A stretch of DNA of 64,000 nucleotides from Podarcis melisellensis (taxonomy: Eukaryota): the NCBI GenBank assembly GCA_964234715.1, contig OZ174275.1; one strand, 5' to 3'. The position numbers and the translations under genes were made by a program. Below are positions 1 through 13,804 of the stretch, piece by piece. The notes beneath the pieces were generated by a model. It worked only from the letters and a program-made list of their open reading frames with translations, was not told the origin of the DNA and did not search any database. Each line of letters starts with the position of its first letter. Within the stretch, counting starts at the first letter, position 1.

Positions 1-1925
1 AATAAAAAGCTCCCTTAGGCAACCAAAGCTAAGGAAGACTTCACAAGTTATTTCCAAGCATGAGCAGGCATTTCACAACATTATACAAATATGCTCGAGT
101 GGAAGGTGACTGCGCTTTCCCTCAGACTTGCAGGATATTACAACACCCAGTAGGATGTCTGCCTACTTGTCTACAGTCTTGGTTAAGATCAGTCTCCAGG
201 TAGCTCTATGAAGGAGAAGACTTCTCTCTCAATGGTCTCAAAAGAACCTTTGTTTTTAAGGTGGTGCACTTAAGCATAGGGCTTTTGTGTAAGGGCCACC
301 TTCCTACGTTTGCTCTCCTTTCTGAGCCTCACAACAACTCACAAGGAACCATTTTGGGTTTTGCCAGGTATATGTGTATCTGGAGTGGGGACCTTGTGGC
401 TCTCCAGATGTTGCTGAACTGTAACGTCCACCATCCCTGACCATTGTCTATGTTGGTTGATGGCCAGAAAGCCTACAATATCCACACTCTCAACCTGAGT
501 TTCCCAAAGTGGTCCATATCGATCCTCTGTGGTTGATGGGACGATAAAGTGGGTGGTGAATAAAGACCTGGAGTTCCAAAGGGAGTCCAAAAGAGCTTGA
601 TGGGAAAGGAAGTTTACAAGAGCAAACAATTTAATTAGGAACTATGAGCACCAGAAGTAAAGGTCATTGGCATGTACAGAGTGCACACACACCCCTTCCC
701 AATAAGAAACCTCTGTATGGTTTTGTTATCATTTTCACTATTTTTGCTTCCTTATTTATTATATATTTTTTACAATTCCTATTAATGCTGATTGGGGATT
801 AAAACATGATTATATAGTGATATTTATTGACTTTCTTTCATTTACATCCCTAAGAATTTGGGTTGGTGTCAACAACAGCTTTGCAAGCTCATCCAGGCAT
901 CAGTGAACTCAGAAGTTTGTAAAAACCCTGTTCGAAACATTTATTCAACTTACTAGATTTCACAGGCACTGTAGTTCTCTAATGTTTATGGATGGCAGCA
1001 AGATGGCATTGGGACCTTATGCTTTTGCAGGGCTTAAAGGATCCTCACGCACCCTGACAGTTCTGCAAATGCTGCATTGAGTCTTCCCTAGAGCACAGCT
1101 GATTTTAGCTGCTTAAAGGAGCTATCAGTGTGCCATATTTCGGTTCTGGTGTGAATACCTTGCAGGCGCAATGCGACAGTATCAGCCCAGCACCATGTTA
1201 AAAACTGCTTCTGGCTACATGTCAGCAGTAAAATAAAATAAAAAGCTACACCAACAAGCAGTAGCATGTGCTTCCCAGATGCCTCAAATATTTGGATATC
1301 GCCTAGGCCCTAGAAGGATTGCAACAGCTCCAATCACCGCTCTAAAATTTGGTCGGGAGGAAAAGAAAAGATGAAGTACATGCTGTTCTAAAAAGATCAC
1401 TAGCAAACACTCCCAGATATCTTTCCCCCTGAAATATGTTCCCCTAAAGGCCTTTGCATATGAAAAATTAATAATGCTTTCATGTTATTATAAAGCACCT
1501 GAAGTTTCATTATTATATCTGACAGAACAGCAGGTGTTAACAGCTGGAAAGAACGAGAGTGTGGGGAGCTGAAAGGAACCAGATGTGGCATTCGCTTGGG
1601 TTTTGATATTTATTTGAATAGGCCTTCAACTAATGTGCTCAGTTTTGAAAGATCTCCTACCAGCTTTTGTTGGTTCCCTAATGCAGGGCATCAAATTGTA
1701 TCCTTCCCCGCTAACTCTTTTTTATTGTACTTCCGCTTGTAAAAAGTACATTTGTTAATCTCTCGGGGAAACAGCATTTCTCAGATAGCAAACTCAGGGG
1801 GCCATTGGAAAGCAATTCCAGCCAGTAGCTTCGTCAAGAAATGCCTACACACAGAAGGGTCCAGCGTGAGACTGGGTACCAACTGCCTTTGCCCTTGCAT
1901 GGAAATGACGACAGCCAGGTCACAT

Positions 1926-2125
1926 CCACCACCTCTTACACTTAAAGGGCATTTAATGCCAGTTTAACAACCATACCTTCCCCCTCAGAGAATCCAGGGA
2001 ACTGTAGCTTACTCCTCACAGAGCTATGATTCCTAGCACTCTGAACAAACTACAGTTCTCAGGATTTTAGAGGAAGGCATGAGACTGTTGAGAGTTGGAT
2101 AAGAGTGCTTTAAACGCATAAACTG
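1926..2125. mobile_element. Palindromic MITE (GGGAACTGTAG / CTACAGTTCTC type); relatives at ~37985-38087 and ~59810-59970
   Basis: Imperfect inverted structure repeated elsewhere in the window. Confidence 0.5.
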
Positions 2126-2164
2126 CCCCATGAGCCTCAAGTGGAGGGTGTATATTAATTTGAT

Positions 2165-2665
2165 TGATTGATTTGGGGGGTCTTTTTCTTGGTGGGTTTT
2201 TTTTTTTGGTATAGTTTTAATTAAGTTTTCATATTTTACATTTTAGAACATTCATTTGAACAACCTTAAAATACTGACTTTCCTTCTCCTCCTTCATGGT
2301 TCAATTTGCATGCCATTGATCCCTGCATATTTTACATCAACTAAGCAATTTAGTATTCCATTTTTACATCCATCAAAACTTATTCACACTGTTGAATTTA
2401 TCTTAATGCTGCCAACGTTTTCAAATGTACACAATTTTCACCCATATATTCATTACACATTTTCCAATCTTCTTTAAACATATAATATTCTTGTTCTCTT
2501 ATTCCATAAGTTAAGTTTGAAAGCTGTGCATAGTCCATCAGATTAAGTTGCCATTCTTCTTTAATTGGGACCTCACTCATTTTCCATTTTTGGGCTAACA
2601 AAACACAGGCCACAGTAGTAGCATACATAAATAGCCTTTTTTTTAACCTGGGAATTTCCATCTGA
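2165..2665 (-). mobile_element. L1/Tx1-like LINE 3' fragment; related pieces at ~3258-3560 (-) and ~25560-26010 (+)
   Basis: Peptide FMYATTVACVLLAQKWK...P..EEW..NLMDYAQL resembles L1-clade ORF2 C-termini; A-rich tail. Confidence 0.6.
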
Positions 2666-5415
2666 ATTAGTTAATTAAGCATACAGAATGGATATTAAGA
2701 CAGTCCAGGAGGGCAGGAGAAATGGTTATGACTTATGGGAGAAGCAAAACCCCATCTGGGCCAAATACGACCAAGGGGTTCCCCCAGTAGAATCCACATG
2801 GTAGACTTCTACTACCACAATGGGGCTCTCCCCGCACCTTCGTGCTTACCCCATGCTGATGGAATTTGGCTGTGATCTGGGATGGGGTGGGTAGGGGTTT
2901 CATAAGAGTCCCCAGACCAGTGCACAAGGGCGGGGGAGGCAAGAGGGGAGATTGTTCCATAGGACAAGCAGAAACGTTTGCGCTGATGCAACATTTGGAA
3001 AAGCATAACTCCCATTGGGTTGCATTTCTCTCGTTGGGTTTTATATATGCAGGAATGGGGTTCCTGAACATGTAGCATCCCAACCCCACTTGAAGGTATA
3101 TCTTGGGTAAGGATTAACATTTATATCTACCGATTTAGCCAGTTGTTGAAAGAAAGAAAAATCCAAAAACCCAAACCTTAGCAATCTTAGCAACGGCTTC
3201 CCTGTTTATCTATTCTCTCTCTCTCTCTCCCCACCCCCCATGTGTGTGTCGTGGAAATGTTTTTTATGTGGTTTTACAAATATACAATTATAATCATACT
3301 ACAACACACATCCATAATTAAAAGATTCCTCTGAATCTCTGCACTTCCCTCCTTCCCCTCCATGGGTTCTGTTGTTAAACCTTTTCTACTGCATCTTTTT
3401 CAGTAATCCGTTTTTTAAAACTCCATTTTCTCCATAGTACTCGTTACATTACAAGTGTTATTGCAATCCTGCTAATGTTTTCATCTGCTTACAGTGGTCC
3501 TCAAGATAAATTATATAAAAAAATTCCCCATTCCTTGTTGAAGTTTTGGTCTTCTTGGTTTCTGAGCTTCCTGGTCAATTGTGCCATTTCGGCATGGTAC
3601 AACAGTTCAGTCTGCCATTCTTCTCTGGTAGAGACTTTTATCTTCTTTCCATCTCTTGTTTATCTATTCTCATGGTGCAGTTGTGCCTCTGCTTTACATC
3701 CCTGGACAACCATGCTTATTTTGTCCTAAGCCTAACCATTTCCTATGATATGTAGCCCTGCCTGGTCTCTGCATGTTTGCCCCAGGAGAGGGATGAGAAA
3801 CCTCCAGCAAAATGGCTGGACCTCGGGACCTAAGGCTGTATACCATACCATCTGCACAGGCAAAGGAAAGCACAGCACCACATTGCGCACAATTTCAGCT
3901 GGCCCTGTATTGTAGGAAGCTCTTTTGTGGCCACACCCAGAGAGAGAGAGAGACAGAGAGACAGAGAGAGAGAGAGATGGTCCATTGTAACGCCCCCCCC
4001 CTCCACCCCCTCCCGAAGCTCTGAATGGAAGTAGGTGGATCTGGCTCATTGACTTCCCCTTCTCCAGAAAACAAATGAAGAAGGCAGCAGATGGTTTCTT
4101 TGCAATAATTCCACATATGAGAAAATTGTGGATGTTTTGCTTTCCACGTTTCTCGTTCTGTACAAAATTCATATAAGGTGGTAAGTCTGTGTGTGTGTGT
4201 GAACCGGAACCAGAATTGATGGTGAGTGAATTTGGGTATGATATGACAGGGGCCATGTTGTAAGATAACAGATTCTTTTTTGCAGAAGAAAGCGGTGAAA
4301 CACAATAAGCACAGTTCTTGCTATTCAATTAATTTCCATGAGAAACTCCTGTTCATAAAGGGAAGAAATTCTCCAGGACAGATGGCGCTTCGCTCTCAAT
4401 ATCACTGCTCAGAGGAGGGTAATCTTTGATACTGTGGCAATAAAACGGCTCCTTTGCTGTAAACAGAGTAACTGCGATTCTTATTTACAAAATCAATCAA
4501 GGCTTATTAAGGTTCAAAGCAGCCCTTAACCCCCAGCGTCTTAAAAAATGGCAGCCATTTCCCCGATAATTCAGCTGTCAATTATCTACTGCAATTTGTG
4601 CATGTCCCTGTCTAACTACATTACATTTTGCAAAACGTTGCTATGGGGCCCTTGCTAACCCCCAGAAAGAAGCTGCAGAAATCTGCCATCTCAGAGATCC
4701 TTTGTCTTCCATGCCTTTCTTTTCTTTTTTTATTGTTGCCAACTTCTTAACTGACTCGGTTCCTAACCTGCACCTCAATCAGCAACTGTGCCTGCAGAAA
4801 TCAAACAGGTGAAGCGTTTCCAATGGCTGGTTCTCCAGTATCAGACTACTTACAGCTTTGCAACTTTCCAACCTACCTGCGGCAACTTCTGTTCCAGCAG
4901 AAACTGCACCAGGCCAAGCGGGGAGGTTGCTTTTTAAATCAGGATCACAGTGTAGGGAGGAAGGTGCGATGCTTCTTCTCTGGAACCAAAGCCCCAGTCC
5001 TGAAAGGTAGTCTCCCACCCATTCAATTTCTTCTTAAAAGACATGAAATGCAAGCATACATTTCTCGTATCATCTTGCTTGGCCCTGAATATATTAGTTG
5101 CAAACCAAAGTTTTTTTCTTTTTACAGATATTGCAAAGTCTAGAAAGTTATTGCACTCCCATGCTGAAGTAAAACTGCTTATTTTCCCAAATAGAATTTA
5201 GAATAATAATATAATATGATAAATAATGAATACTACTGTATAATGAATAATAATAGTAATAAACACCTTCTTTGTTTTAATTGTACTGGTTGAATGAAGG
5301 GGAAAATCTTATCAATCCTGGGATTTCCCACCTGAATGTATGAGTTGAAAAGGTACATACAAGCTTGTTTTCAAATGAGCATTACCTACATGGCAGAAGC
5401 CACTATTTGATAGCA

Positions 5416-5689
5416 CAGTGGTACCTCGGGTTAAGAACTTAATTCGTTCTGGAGGTCCATTCTTAACCTGAAAGTATTGTTAACCTGAGGTACCACTTTA
5501 GCTAATGGGGCCTTCCGCTGCTACCGTGCCACTGCCACATGATTTCTGTTCTCATCCTGAAGCAAAGTTCTTAACCTGAGGTACTATTTCTGGGTTAGCG
5601 GAGTCTGTAACCTGAAGCGTCTGTAACCTGAAGCATCTGTAACCTGAAGTGTCTGTAACCTGAAGTGTCTGTAACCCGAGGTACCATTG
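5416..5689. mobile_element. Tc1/mariner (pogo/Tigger-like) MITE, copy 1
   Basis: TIR CAGTGGTACCTCGGGTTA; TA at the right flank; four copies in the window. Confidence 0.85.
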
Positions 5690-6042
5690 TAGCTGAAATA
5701 GCAAGTTACTGAGCTTGGCATTGTGACAAAAATGGCTTTGAAAACTCTTCTTTAAAATTTGTCAAATAGGGAACCAAACCTGCATGATTTCCCTTCACTT
5801 GGATGGAAGTAGAACTTTTGGAGGTTGTTTATTATTTTCTGAATGTATAGTAGTTCAATGTGATTTACAAATATACATTAAAACTGAGATAAAACTAAAA
5901 GAGTAAAAGCCAAACTTACTTACTTACTTTTGCACTTGCCTTCCTTTTCAGCTGGCCAAGAGATATTTGTGAGTTTCCTTTAACCTTATTCTACAGATCA
6001 TTTTGCCAGTGGTCAGCTTTCTCAAGTGTCTGTGCTTCAAGG

Positions 6043-6284
6043 CATGGGTAGGCAAACTAAGGCACGAGGGCCGGATCTGGCCCAATCGCCTTCTCAATCC
6101 GTCCCGCGAACGGTCTGGGAATCAGCATGTTTTTACATGAGTATAATGTGCCCTTTTATTTAAATTGGGTTATTTGTGGGCCATAGGAATTCGTTCACCC
6201 CCCCCAAAAAAAAATAGTCTGGCCCCCCACAAAGTCTGAAGGACAGCGGACCGGCTCCCTGCTGAAAAAGTTTGCTGACCCCTA
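6043..6284. mobile_element. hAT-Charlie-like MITE
   Basis: Ends CATGGGTAGGCAAACT / AGTTTGCTGACCCCT; reverse-complement copy at 40500-40753. Confidence 0.75.
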
Positions 6285-8841
6285 TTATAAGGCAACACCT
6301 CCCATGACTCTTTTTCAGACCAGGAAGCGTTGGCAGCCAAGGAAATGGCAGAGTGATGGAGCAACATTTACAAGAAAGAAAGACACACTCATACTATAAG
6401 GTACGGTAAACTCAATATCTCACATTGACTTAAATTCTAAAGAATTTCTGAAATGCCCAGGTAATTGAGGCAGAAAAAATGGACATTTTTTTCCTCAGAG
6501 GAATAAAACTTTTCAGAAATTGGAGGATAGATTTTGGCACACTGGGGAAGAGGATCGGCAAGAGAGAGGGATGCTTAATTCTTTCACACATAATTTATCT
6601 ACACAACACCCCACCTCAATCAACCTGCTTTTCCAGTCAAGGAGAAAAAGAAATGAGCAATGCTAAAGCAGGGAAGGGTCTGCCTCTAACCTCAGCCTTT
6701 GACTTTTAATGAGGATAAAAAATTAAGATGAATTATGGAATTGCCCAACTTGTGCAATTTGGTCTACACACCTTTATAGTTCCAGAATGTGAACAACAAG
6801 CTATGACCTGTAATTAGCATCTTTGTTATTTTATGCTGCGTTGGAATGTTTTAATTTCTTACTCTCTGTGCCTTTGGGTAAAAAGGCACCAAAGTCAATT
6901 AGCTGACCGGCCAACTCACTTTGTGCTTATTTATGTACTTGCTCTGTTCATCTTCTCTTCCATTTCAGACATTTGTAGAAGTATAGCCTTAAAGGAAACT
7001 GTCCTTAGGATTTTTTCCCCTATAGCAGCGTGAGAAACACCACAGAATGTGCCTCTAAGTAACACAAAAGAAATATTTCTTTGCCCAGATACTTGCCCAT
7101 TCCTTGTATCCCGAGAGGGTTTTGTCTTCTTTCGCCATAATTTATTGCACACTGTCTCAGACTCTGCAGAAGTTTCATGAGGAAAACTTTTTACCATGAA
7201 CAGCTACTACCCCTGAGAATACACTGACTTTATGGCAGCATTAGGTATCCCTGTCACCAGGATATACTGCCGAGAAGAATACATTTTAAAGATGGCAATA
7301 TGCCATTCACTATCTATTTAATTCTTTTGGATTCTTAAATGGACCTATTCCCATGACACCATTCTACCATAGTCCCCTTTCTAGCTATGGTACTTCAAGG
7401 GAGTCAACAGGCTAAGGACATTTTTACAGGTAAGGTTAGAACCATTCTTTTAGTGTAGCACATGGCACCCACGTAGGAGAGGCAGTGGTAGAGATATGAG
7501 CTTTAAAAAACTATATATAAGCTACAGTCCTCATTCAAACCACCTTATGTGAAAATGCTAGATTTAAGCAGGGCTTGTGAGAAGTGTCAAAAATCTTTGG
7601 CTGTTGACTGAAATCACATCCAACTTGCCTGCTTTGAAAAAAGCCAGTGCTCAGGGAGAATTCACGTCTAGTGAGATATTGTGCAAACATCCACCCATAG
7701 GGAAATGTCGTAGGACAACAGATGCCACGCTCTGCAGTCCCATACTTACTAGACGGATCTGCAATCACATATGTTGCTAACAACTTGGTACCACTACATA
7801 AAAAAAATGTTCAGTACAAATCACAGAGAACAAGCTTCCTCCAGGTTTAAAAGAGGACAAAAATGTTAAGTTTGTACAATTCAACCTGACCTAGATCCTT
7901 TTATCCAGCTACTTTGCTAGCACAGTAATTGCTCAGAACCTTTAAAAAATGAAAACAATTGCAGTGGTTGCCATACTAAATGTGATGTCTCAGCTTATTT
8001 TCCAACAAAGCTGTTTTAAACTACACGAAGAACTTCATGGATAATTGCTTAAGAAAGACAACACTGGTATAGCATAATGGCTGAAAGTGGGACCTGTGGC
8101 CCCTAAATCTCTAGTTCAGGGACTGCTAACTAGTAGCCCTACAGTTGTTGCTGGAACTCCAGCTTCCATCAGCCTCAACCAGCACGGCTAATGGTCAGGG
8201 AAGATGGGAGTTGTAGTACAGGCACACCAAACTAGAACTGCTGTCGATTCAAGGTTCCCTCAGCCATGACTTCATGAGCCAGTCTTCCTCCTCAGGCTTC
8301 ACCCTCACATTTGAACTGCAACATGGGAGTGACAACACTGACCCAGTCTGAAAGGACTGTGTTGCTATTCCATATATATCTTATTTGAAGCCCATCAACG
8401 CTACAATAAACAAAATAACTGGAAATTAAATTATCTCATAACAAACTAATTATGACTCTGTTCGTCAGGATTTGGAAGAGGAAAGTAATTTTATTAGATG
8501 AAATTGTCCTGATACTCATCATTCTTCCCTTTTCAATGTACCTTTTTGTTAAGTTAGTTTTGTTTCTTCACTTAATTATCTCACCTCCACTGCCCTCACC
8601 ATAGTTGGAAGGGTTTGGATCTTAAAAGGGCCCATCGTGCTGCAATCATCTTGACTCATGGCAATTTCTGATTTATGTGTATTAACGGGCTTGTTTCCTT
8701 GTAGCATTTCCACGGGTGTTCCATAACCATTAAGGCGCTCCAACAGCCAGCATTCTAATTTGATCTTTGAAACAGGATAATTATCAATTATTGCTTCTTG
8801 AAAAATGAAAAAGAAACTGGTTCAACGAGGCTGTAATTATA

Positions 8842-11800
8842 TTTAATACATGTTTTGCTTTTAACAGCAATTTGAAGTAAACATCGTCAACCTTTACAAT
8901 TCAAAACTAGTGAAGAGTTTATAGTGCTTATAAAGTTGTATCTAAAATATATCTTAGTCATCCTCTACAGAACATTTTGAAGACAGTCTAATATTATAAT
9001 TACACATTATACAGTAGCTGCTTCTTCCCACCACTGTAATTAAGGCATTCCCATTACAAACCTCTCCTCCCAAAATTCTAGTACTGGCTAGTAGGTACAT
9101 AAAAATCAACACATGTTTTGTTAAACGAAAAGCTACTCATCAACAGAAAAGCAGTAGTCCACAAGAATGACTTTGGGGTGACTTTGCATCACTGGCTTAA
9201 AGACATGGAAGAGTCACTGAACTTATTCCAAGTGGCATTTTCAAACTGACCATGTATTATCTATCACTGGCTGACAAACAGTGCAAGGCCTTGTATACAA
9301 GGATGCCTGGTGAGTAGTTACGATATACAAAAGGTTTTATTCTCCATGTTCATGTTAATATACAAAGGATGAGATAAATATATGAAGATGTATGTAAGAT
9401 TTAACACCACATTGGAAATTTTTCAGCAAGGTGGATGAAAACCGGTTTTTCTCCCTTGTTACAGCTGGGTGAAAAGAACACGTGGCACAAAAGCAAGAAA
9501 GATTTGTAAGTGGCAAATCTGTTAAGTCCTCCAAAGTTTGCAGAGTCCGTTACAGAATACAGTGGTATTCATAACATTCGATTAACATAGCCATGAACAG
9601 CCATCTTTTTTAGCTATTGCATGCCATATTGTCAACTGAGGTACCACACAATTGCTCTTCGTGCCTTCATAATTCTTTTCACATTTCGTGTCAACTAGAT
9701 TTAAAAGCAACAACTGTGGGAACAAGAGACCTGCTATCCTCCCAAGACCATCTACTCCCAACAAGAGTTGCCCTAGACTATACATGTGAAACAGAAGGTG
9801 ATCTCCTTGATAACTACTAGCTCTCTGCTGATATGCTCCAAGCTCACCTGTCTGTGGGAAGGCCCTGGAGAATACAAGCAATGACTAGAAACTTCTAAGT
9901 AAGAGATCTCTTGTACAGTTCACGTAAAAAGCTCCACACATCTTACTGGTCTGTTGCCTAATTTAATCTATTGTTTTCCAAGGGCCAAACTGCCAGATTT
10001 AAGCCTTCAAAATATACTCATGCCACAATTTTAACAAACACTTTAAATAGTTGGGTTGACCCATAAATATTAATCAGCAGGATCACGGATGCACTTGCAA
10101 GTTATGCTGGAATACTAAGCTCTCTGTTGACTTAATTTTAAAATATCTCCACAATCCCAAGTGACATTTGTACCATTCAAGGAAATGCTTCAAAATTAAA
10201 TCATATAAATATACACTAAGTGTTTGCATTTCAGTGTGGGGAAGGGCATATAAGGAGATACACTAAGGCGTAAGTGCTTTCTCCGTAACATTAAGTCCAT
10301 AGGACGACACAGGAAACATTTCAGTGCAGCGGTGGGAAGCTACAACACCAAGTGGGAAGTCTCAGCTACTGATATTTTGCATATTATTTGCTTTTGCGCT
10401 TTTTCTTTTCTTTAAGTCTTATTGATTGCACATTTTCCTTCCGACATCTTTTTGTCCCAAGCTTTCATTGCATATTCTTCATATATTAGCATGCAAGCCT
10501 TAAAAACGCTGCTTAGTTTGTCTGTTCCACAATTTTTTTAATGAACACAACAATATACATTATTAAAGAAAAATAAAACATTTTGTCTAAACACATCAGT
10601 TCTTTGGACCAAGCCCTTTCGAGTCACTGTAACACATTTTCTAAAAAAAACCTTTTACAGAATATTTCTTTTAAAAAGAAAATGTTCTTTAAAAGAATAT
10701 AAGCAGCTCTCTAAAGCTAAATGAATGACAATAGAAGGAATGAAACTGGTCAAGTTTAGAACAGATTCAACTTATGCTTTTTACTTAGAATCAACAACTT
10801 TAGGGCTTCATTACAAGTAAGGCATTTCTCCCTCCTGCCACACCCCAACCTCAATGGACACCTCTAATAAGAGTGTGTCAAGGTCACATCATACTCTGGC
10901 CTTCTTCGAGTCTGTTTAACCAAGCACAATCTAATGCAGGGATGGGAAACCTCTGGCCTGCCAGATGTTGTTGGACTACAAATTCCATCATCCCTGACCA
11001 CTGTCTATGCTAGCTGGGGCTGATGGAAGCTGGAGTCCAACAACACCTGAAGGGTAAGGGGCTCCCAATCCCTGAACTACTGGGATCCTTTCACGTTTGC
11101 TGTAGCATACAATTATCCACTCATCCATTCTTTTCAATGGGGCACGCATAGGAGAAGTTCACAGCAGATTGTGTCTTCTATCATCAGAATGCATGTGAGA
11201 ATCCACACTTATGCATATAGTGCAAGTGAAACTTCCAACAAGTAAACAGAGGCTGATCTCACTGAATTTAAAGAAGTTCTGGTTTTCCTATTTCCACAGC
11301 AGATCTATCATCCACAGATGACTTATTTTCAGGTGGTCTCAGTAGCATCACTCCATGTCAGCCATGTCTGCACTCGCAGCAGTGTTTACTGCTAGTGTTG
11401 CATGAAGGGTCCTACAACAGAATGCACCTATTTACAAAGGAACATGGCAGGCACAGACAACATGACTGCAGCAGAAGCCTCACCTGTACGTATGCAGAAT
11501 GGTCCAGGTTGGTTTTACATCCAATATACAATCAACCCATGACACAGAACAAGTTGGTTGTGTATAACTGTACCTGACATACAACTAACCTGTTGATTTT
11601 TTGGGTGGGGTGGGGTAGGGACAAGTGAAGTCACAGCCTTGAATTATATTTGTGATTTACTGTCCTCAATGCCTTTTCAGGCCACCTTTACATCACTCTG
11701 GCATGAATAATAAAATAGAAACACTCTAATAACATTTAATCCCCCAAGTTGTCAAGGGGAAGGTAAAAAAAGGAATGCAACTGAGAGAGAGAGAGAGAGT

Positions 11801-12168
11801 TTGGTTTGGCACAGGAACATAATGCAAATGAGAGGATGGTATATGGCAAGACTAGCTTACTTTATAAAGTAAAGGCTTCTATCTAAAAACCAACAACTTG
11901 TCCAGCATGTTGCATTCCAGCAGAATTTCACACTGATCAGATACCAAGATGCTGGGATTTTCAAGTGAATTACAGATGTAGCAATCACAGATTGCAGTAA
12001 AAAGTGTCTTTTGCAGGTGGAACAGGCCAAGGGGGACAGCGAGTGAGAGCAGAAGAAGACACAAGAGAGGGCAACGACTGTTTTGAAAACACTATAAAGT
12101 ACTCCTTGGTGCCAGTTCTTCCAGGTCTGTCATTCATCCTCCTTGAGAAAGGTATGCTTTGCTCTTTT
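8842..12168 (-). other. INSIG2: Putative INSIG2 3' UTR; candidate poly(A) signals AATAAA (9341-9336) and ATTAAA (8847-8842)
   Basis: AT-rich, largely repeat-poor stretch after the stop. The ATTAAA has UGUA immediately upstream and a U-rich tract downstream. The true 3' end cannot be fixed from sequence. Confidence 0.35.
10937..11075. mobile_element. Short hAT-like MITE (CAGGGATGGGAAACCT...); diverged relatives near 385-480, 8087-8225, 16295-16355, 17020-17080, 31147-31245
   Basis: Internal palindromic pattern CCAGATGTTGTTGGACTACAA...GGAGTCCAACAACACCTG recurs across the window. Confidence 0.6.
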
Positions 12169-12210
12169 TCAGTCCTGATGAGACTTTTCTGCAATAACCT
12201 TGCATTCATA
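12169..12210 (-). CDS. INSIG2: INSIG2 last coding exon: YECKVIAEKSHQD*
   Basis: Acceptor ttttgtag|TAT, TGA at 12171-12169. Spliced CDS 247+125+167+100+42 = 681 nt = 226 aa + stop; C-terminal KxHxx-type ER retrieval motif (KSHQD). Confidence 0.97.
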   Translation of the reverse strand, partial: YECKVIAEKSHQD

Positions 12211-12252
12211 CTACAAAATAAAAACACATAAATTAAGTGGCAAGTGTCTCCA

Positions 12253-12255
<3 letters not shown>

Positions 12256-12295
<40 letters not shown>
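12256..12295. repeat. (AC)n microsatellite in INSIG2 intron 5
   Basis: Seen directly. Confidence 0.95.
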
Positions 12296-12297
<2 letters not shown>

Positions 12298-12842
12298 AAA
12301 GGATGCACTGTAGAAATTGAGAACAAGAGATGCAAATGAGTGGAGCTCAGCATGGTAAATTTTCTGGGAGCCCAGCTTTCCGCCTTATTCCTACAATCTG
12401 CAGGTTGAATCCAACGTTGTGTTGAACGGACTTCCACTTACACAGCAAGACTTCATGATGCTGTCATGTGCTCTGCAGCTTTCCCACCCCCTACCAAACT
12501 TCTCTAGGTCTCCCAGCCATCCAGAGCAGGTTTAGAGGGCATGTTGTGGGGTAGGTTTACAGGGGTAGCTGAGAAGGTGAAGTCCCATTATGCAAGTGGG
12601 AGTTCTGCTCATGCACAAACAACATCAGGTACATCCTGGGTTTTATCCTACAAGGCACTGTGAACTGAATAGTGAGTGTAGTTAAGTGGCAGGGTTGGAA
12701 AGCACAAGTACTGCTGTATGTTGAGCTTCCTGAACAGAAGCACAGTTATCTGGATGTGGCCAGCAAAGGATGGCTCACACATCTAAAGGTAGACAAAATT
12801 AAGTATGCTGCAAATAATCCCAGCACTGACAGACTAACTTAC

Positions 12843-12942
12843 CATTGCCAGCTGCCTGCCAATGTTCCCCATAGTTATTCCACCAGCAAAAAATATACAG
12901 GGTAACCAGGAACGCACATAAAGGAAGTCAGGAGATGTGTAT
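12843..12942 (-). CDS. INSIG2: INSIG2 coding exon 4: [33 protein letters not shown]
   Basis: Acceptor ctctctag|A, donor ATG|GTAAGT; 100 nt; matches INSIG2. Confidence 0.98.
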
Positions 12943-13804
12943 CTAGAGAGAGATAAAGAGTCATGGTTAGGCATGAAAGAATGCACAAAGAAACAGGAAA
13001 CCTCCGACACTCTGACGCTGTCGCCTGGGCTCAAGACTGCACTGGTACAAGTAACAGCTTGTACTAATGCATCCGACACAGTCCCGTTTCTGAAAAACGA
13101 GGCACAGCCTGCTCACTGTGCATTGAAGCTTTGCAAAAAGACCCATAAGCAGCACTGTGCTGCAGTGGCTGGGACACCAGCCCTTGCCCAGCAGAGCTGA
13201 TGGCAGATCTTCCATTGGAATCAGCATGGCACCTTAGACCCAGCCCACAATGTCAGAATCGGGCACTGGAAGTCAAGCAAAAGCTTGAAGCCAGGCCCCT
13301 GACCCCATGCTGCACCTCCATGTAACGCCAGGCTTCCTTCCCTAGTTCCAAGTTTGAGATTGGAAAGGTAGCAATAGGGTTGTTGTTTTGGCCCTAGGTG
13401 CTATGGCTAAGCTGCTCATAGGTCATTGGCAATGCAGCTGCCAAAACACCCCAAAGCTTTTCCCTTGGCCTTGTAAGCTGGGAAGAGGGCAGACATCTGC
13501 TGCAAGGTTGGGAACCCAAGTGTGGGGTCCTGCTTGTGGTCCTGCTGCTTGAACACCTCTCCCCTATTTCTTCTTTTAAAACAGAGCAGGCAGGTGTAGA
13601 AGCACACAGTCCCAAAGCCGAAAGGACAGGCCCATGCAAATCCCTGCACCTCTGGTGCAATCTTGCACACCATCCATTCTGATGGGATTGATGCACGCTG
13701 GGCAAGGAGTCGGAATAGTTTTTAGTATTTCATCGGCACCAACCCCTGATACCTCTTCTAATATCCTAGCATTACAATCGCCATACTGAAGAGAAAACAC
13801 TTAC

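Noticed and set aside
2690-3200. Overlapping ~70-118 aa ORFs / possible solo LTR
   Set aside because: No recognisable protein similarity and no clear TG...CA ends or TSD.
3732-4328. 198-aa and 136-aa minus-strand ORFs
   Set aside because: They run through GA and GT microsatellites and have no recognisable domain.
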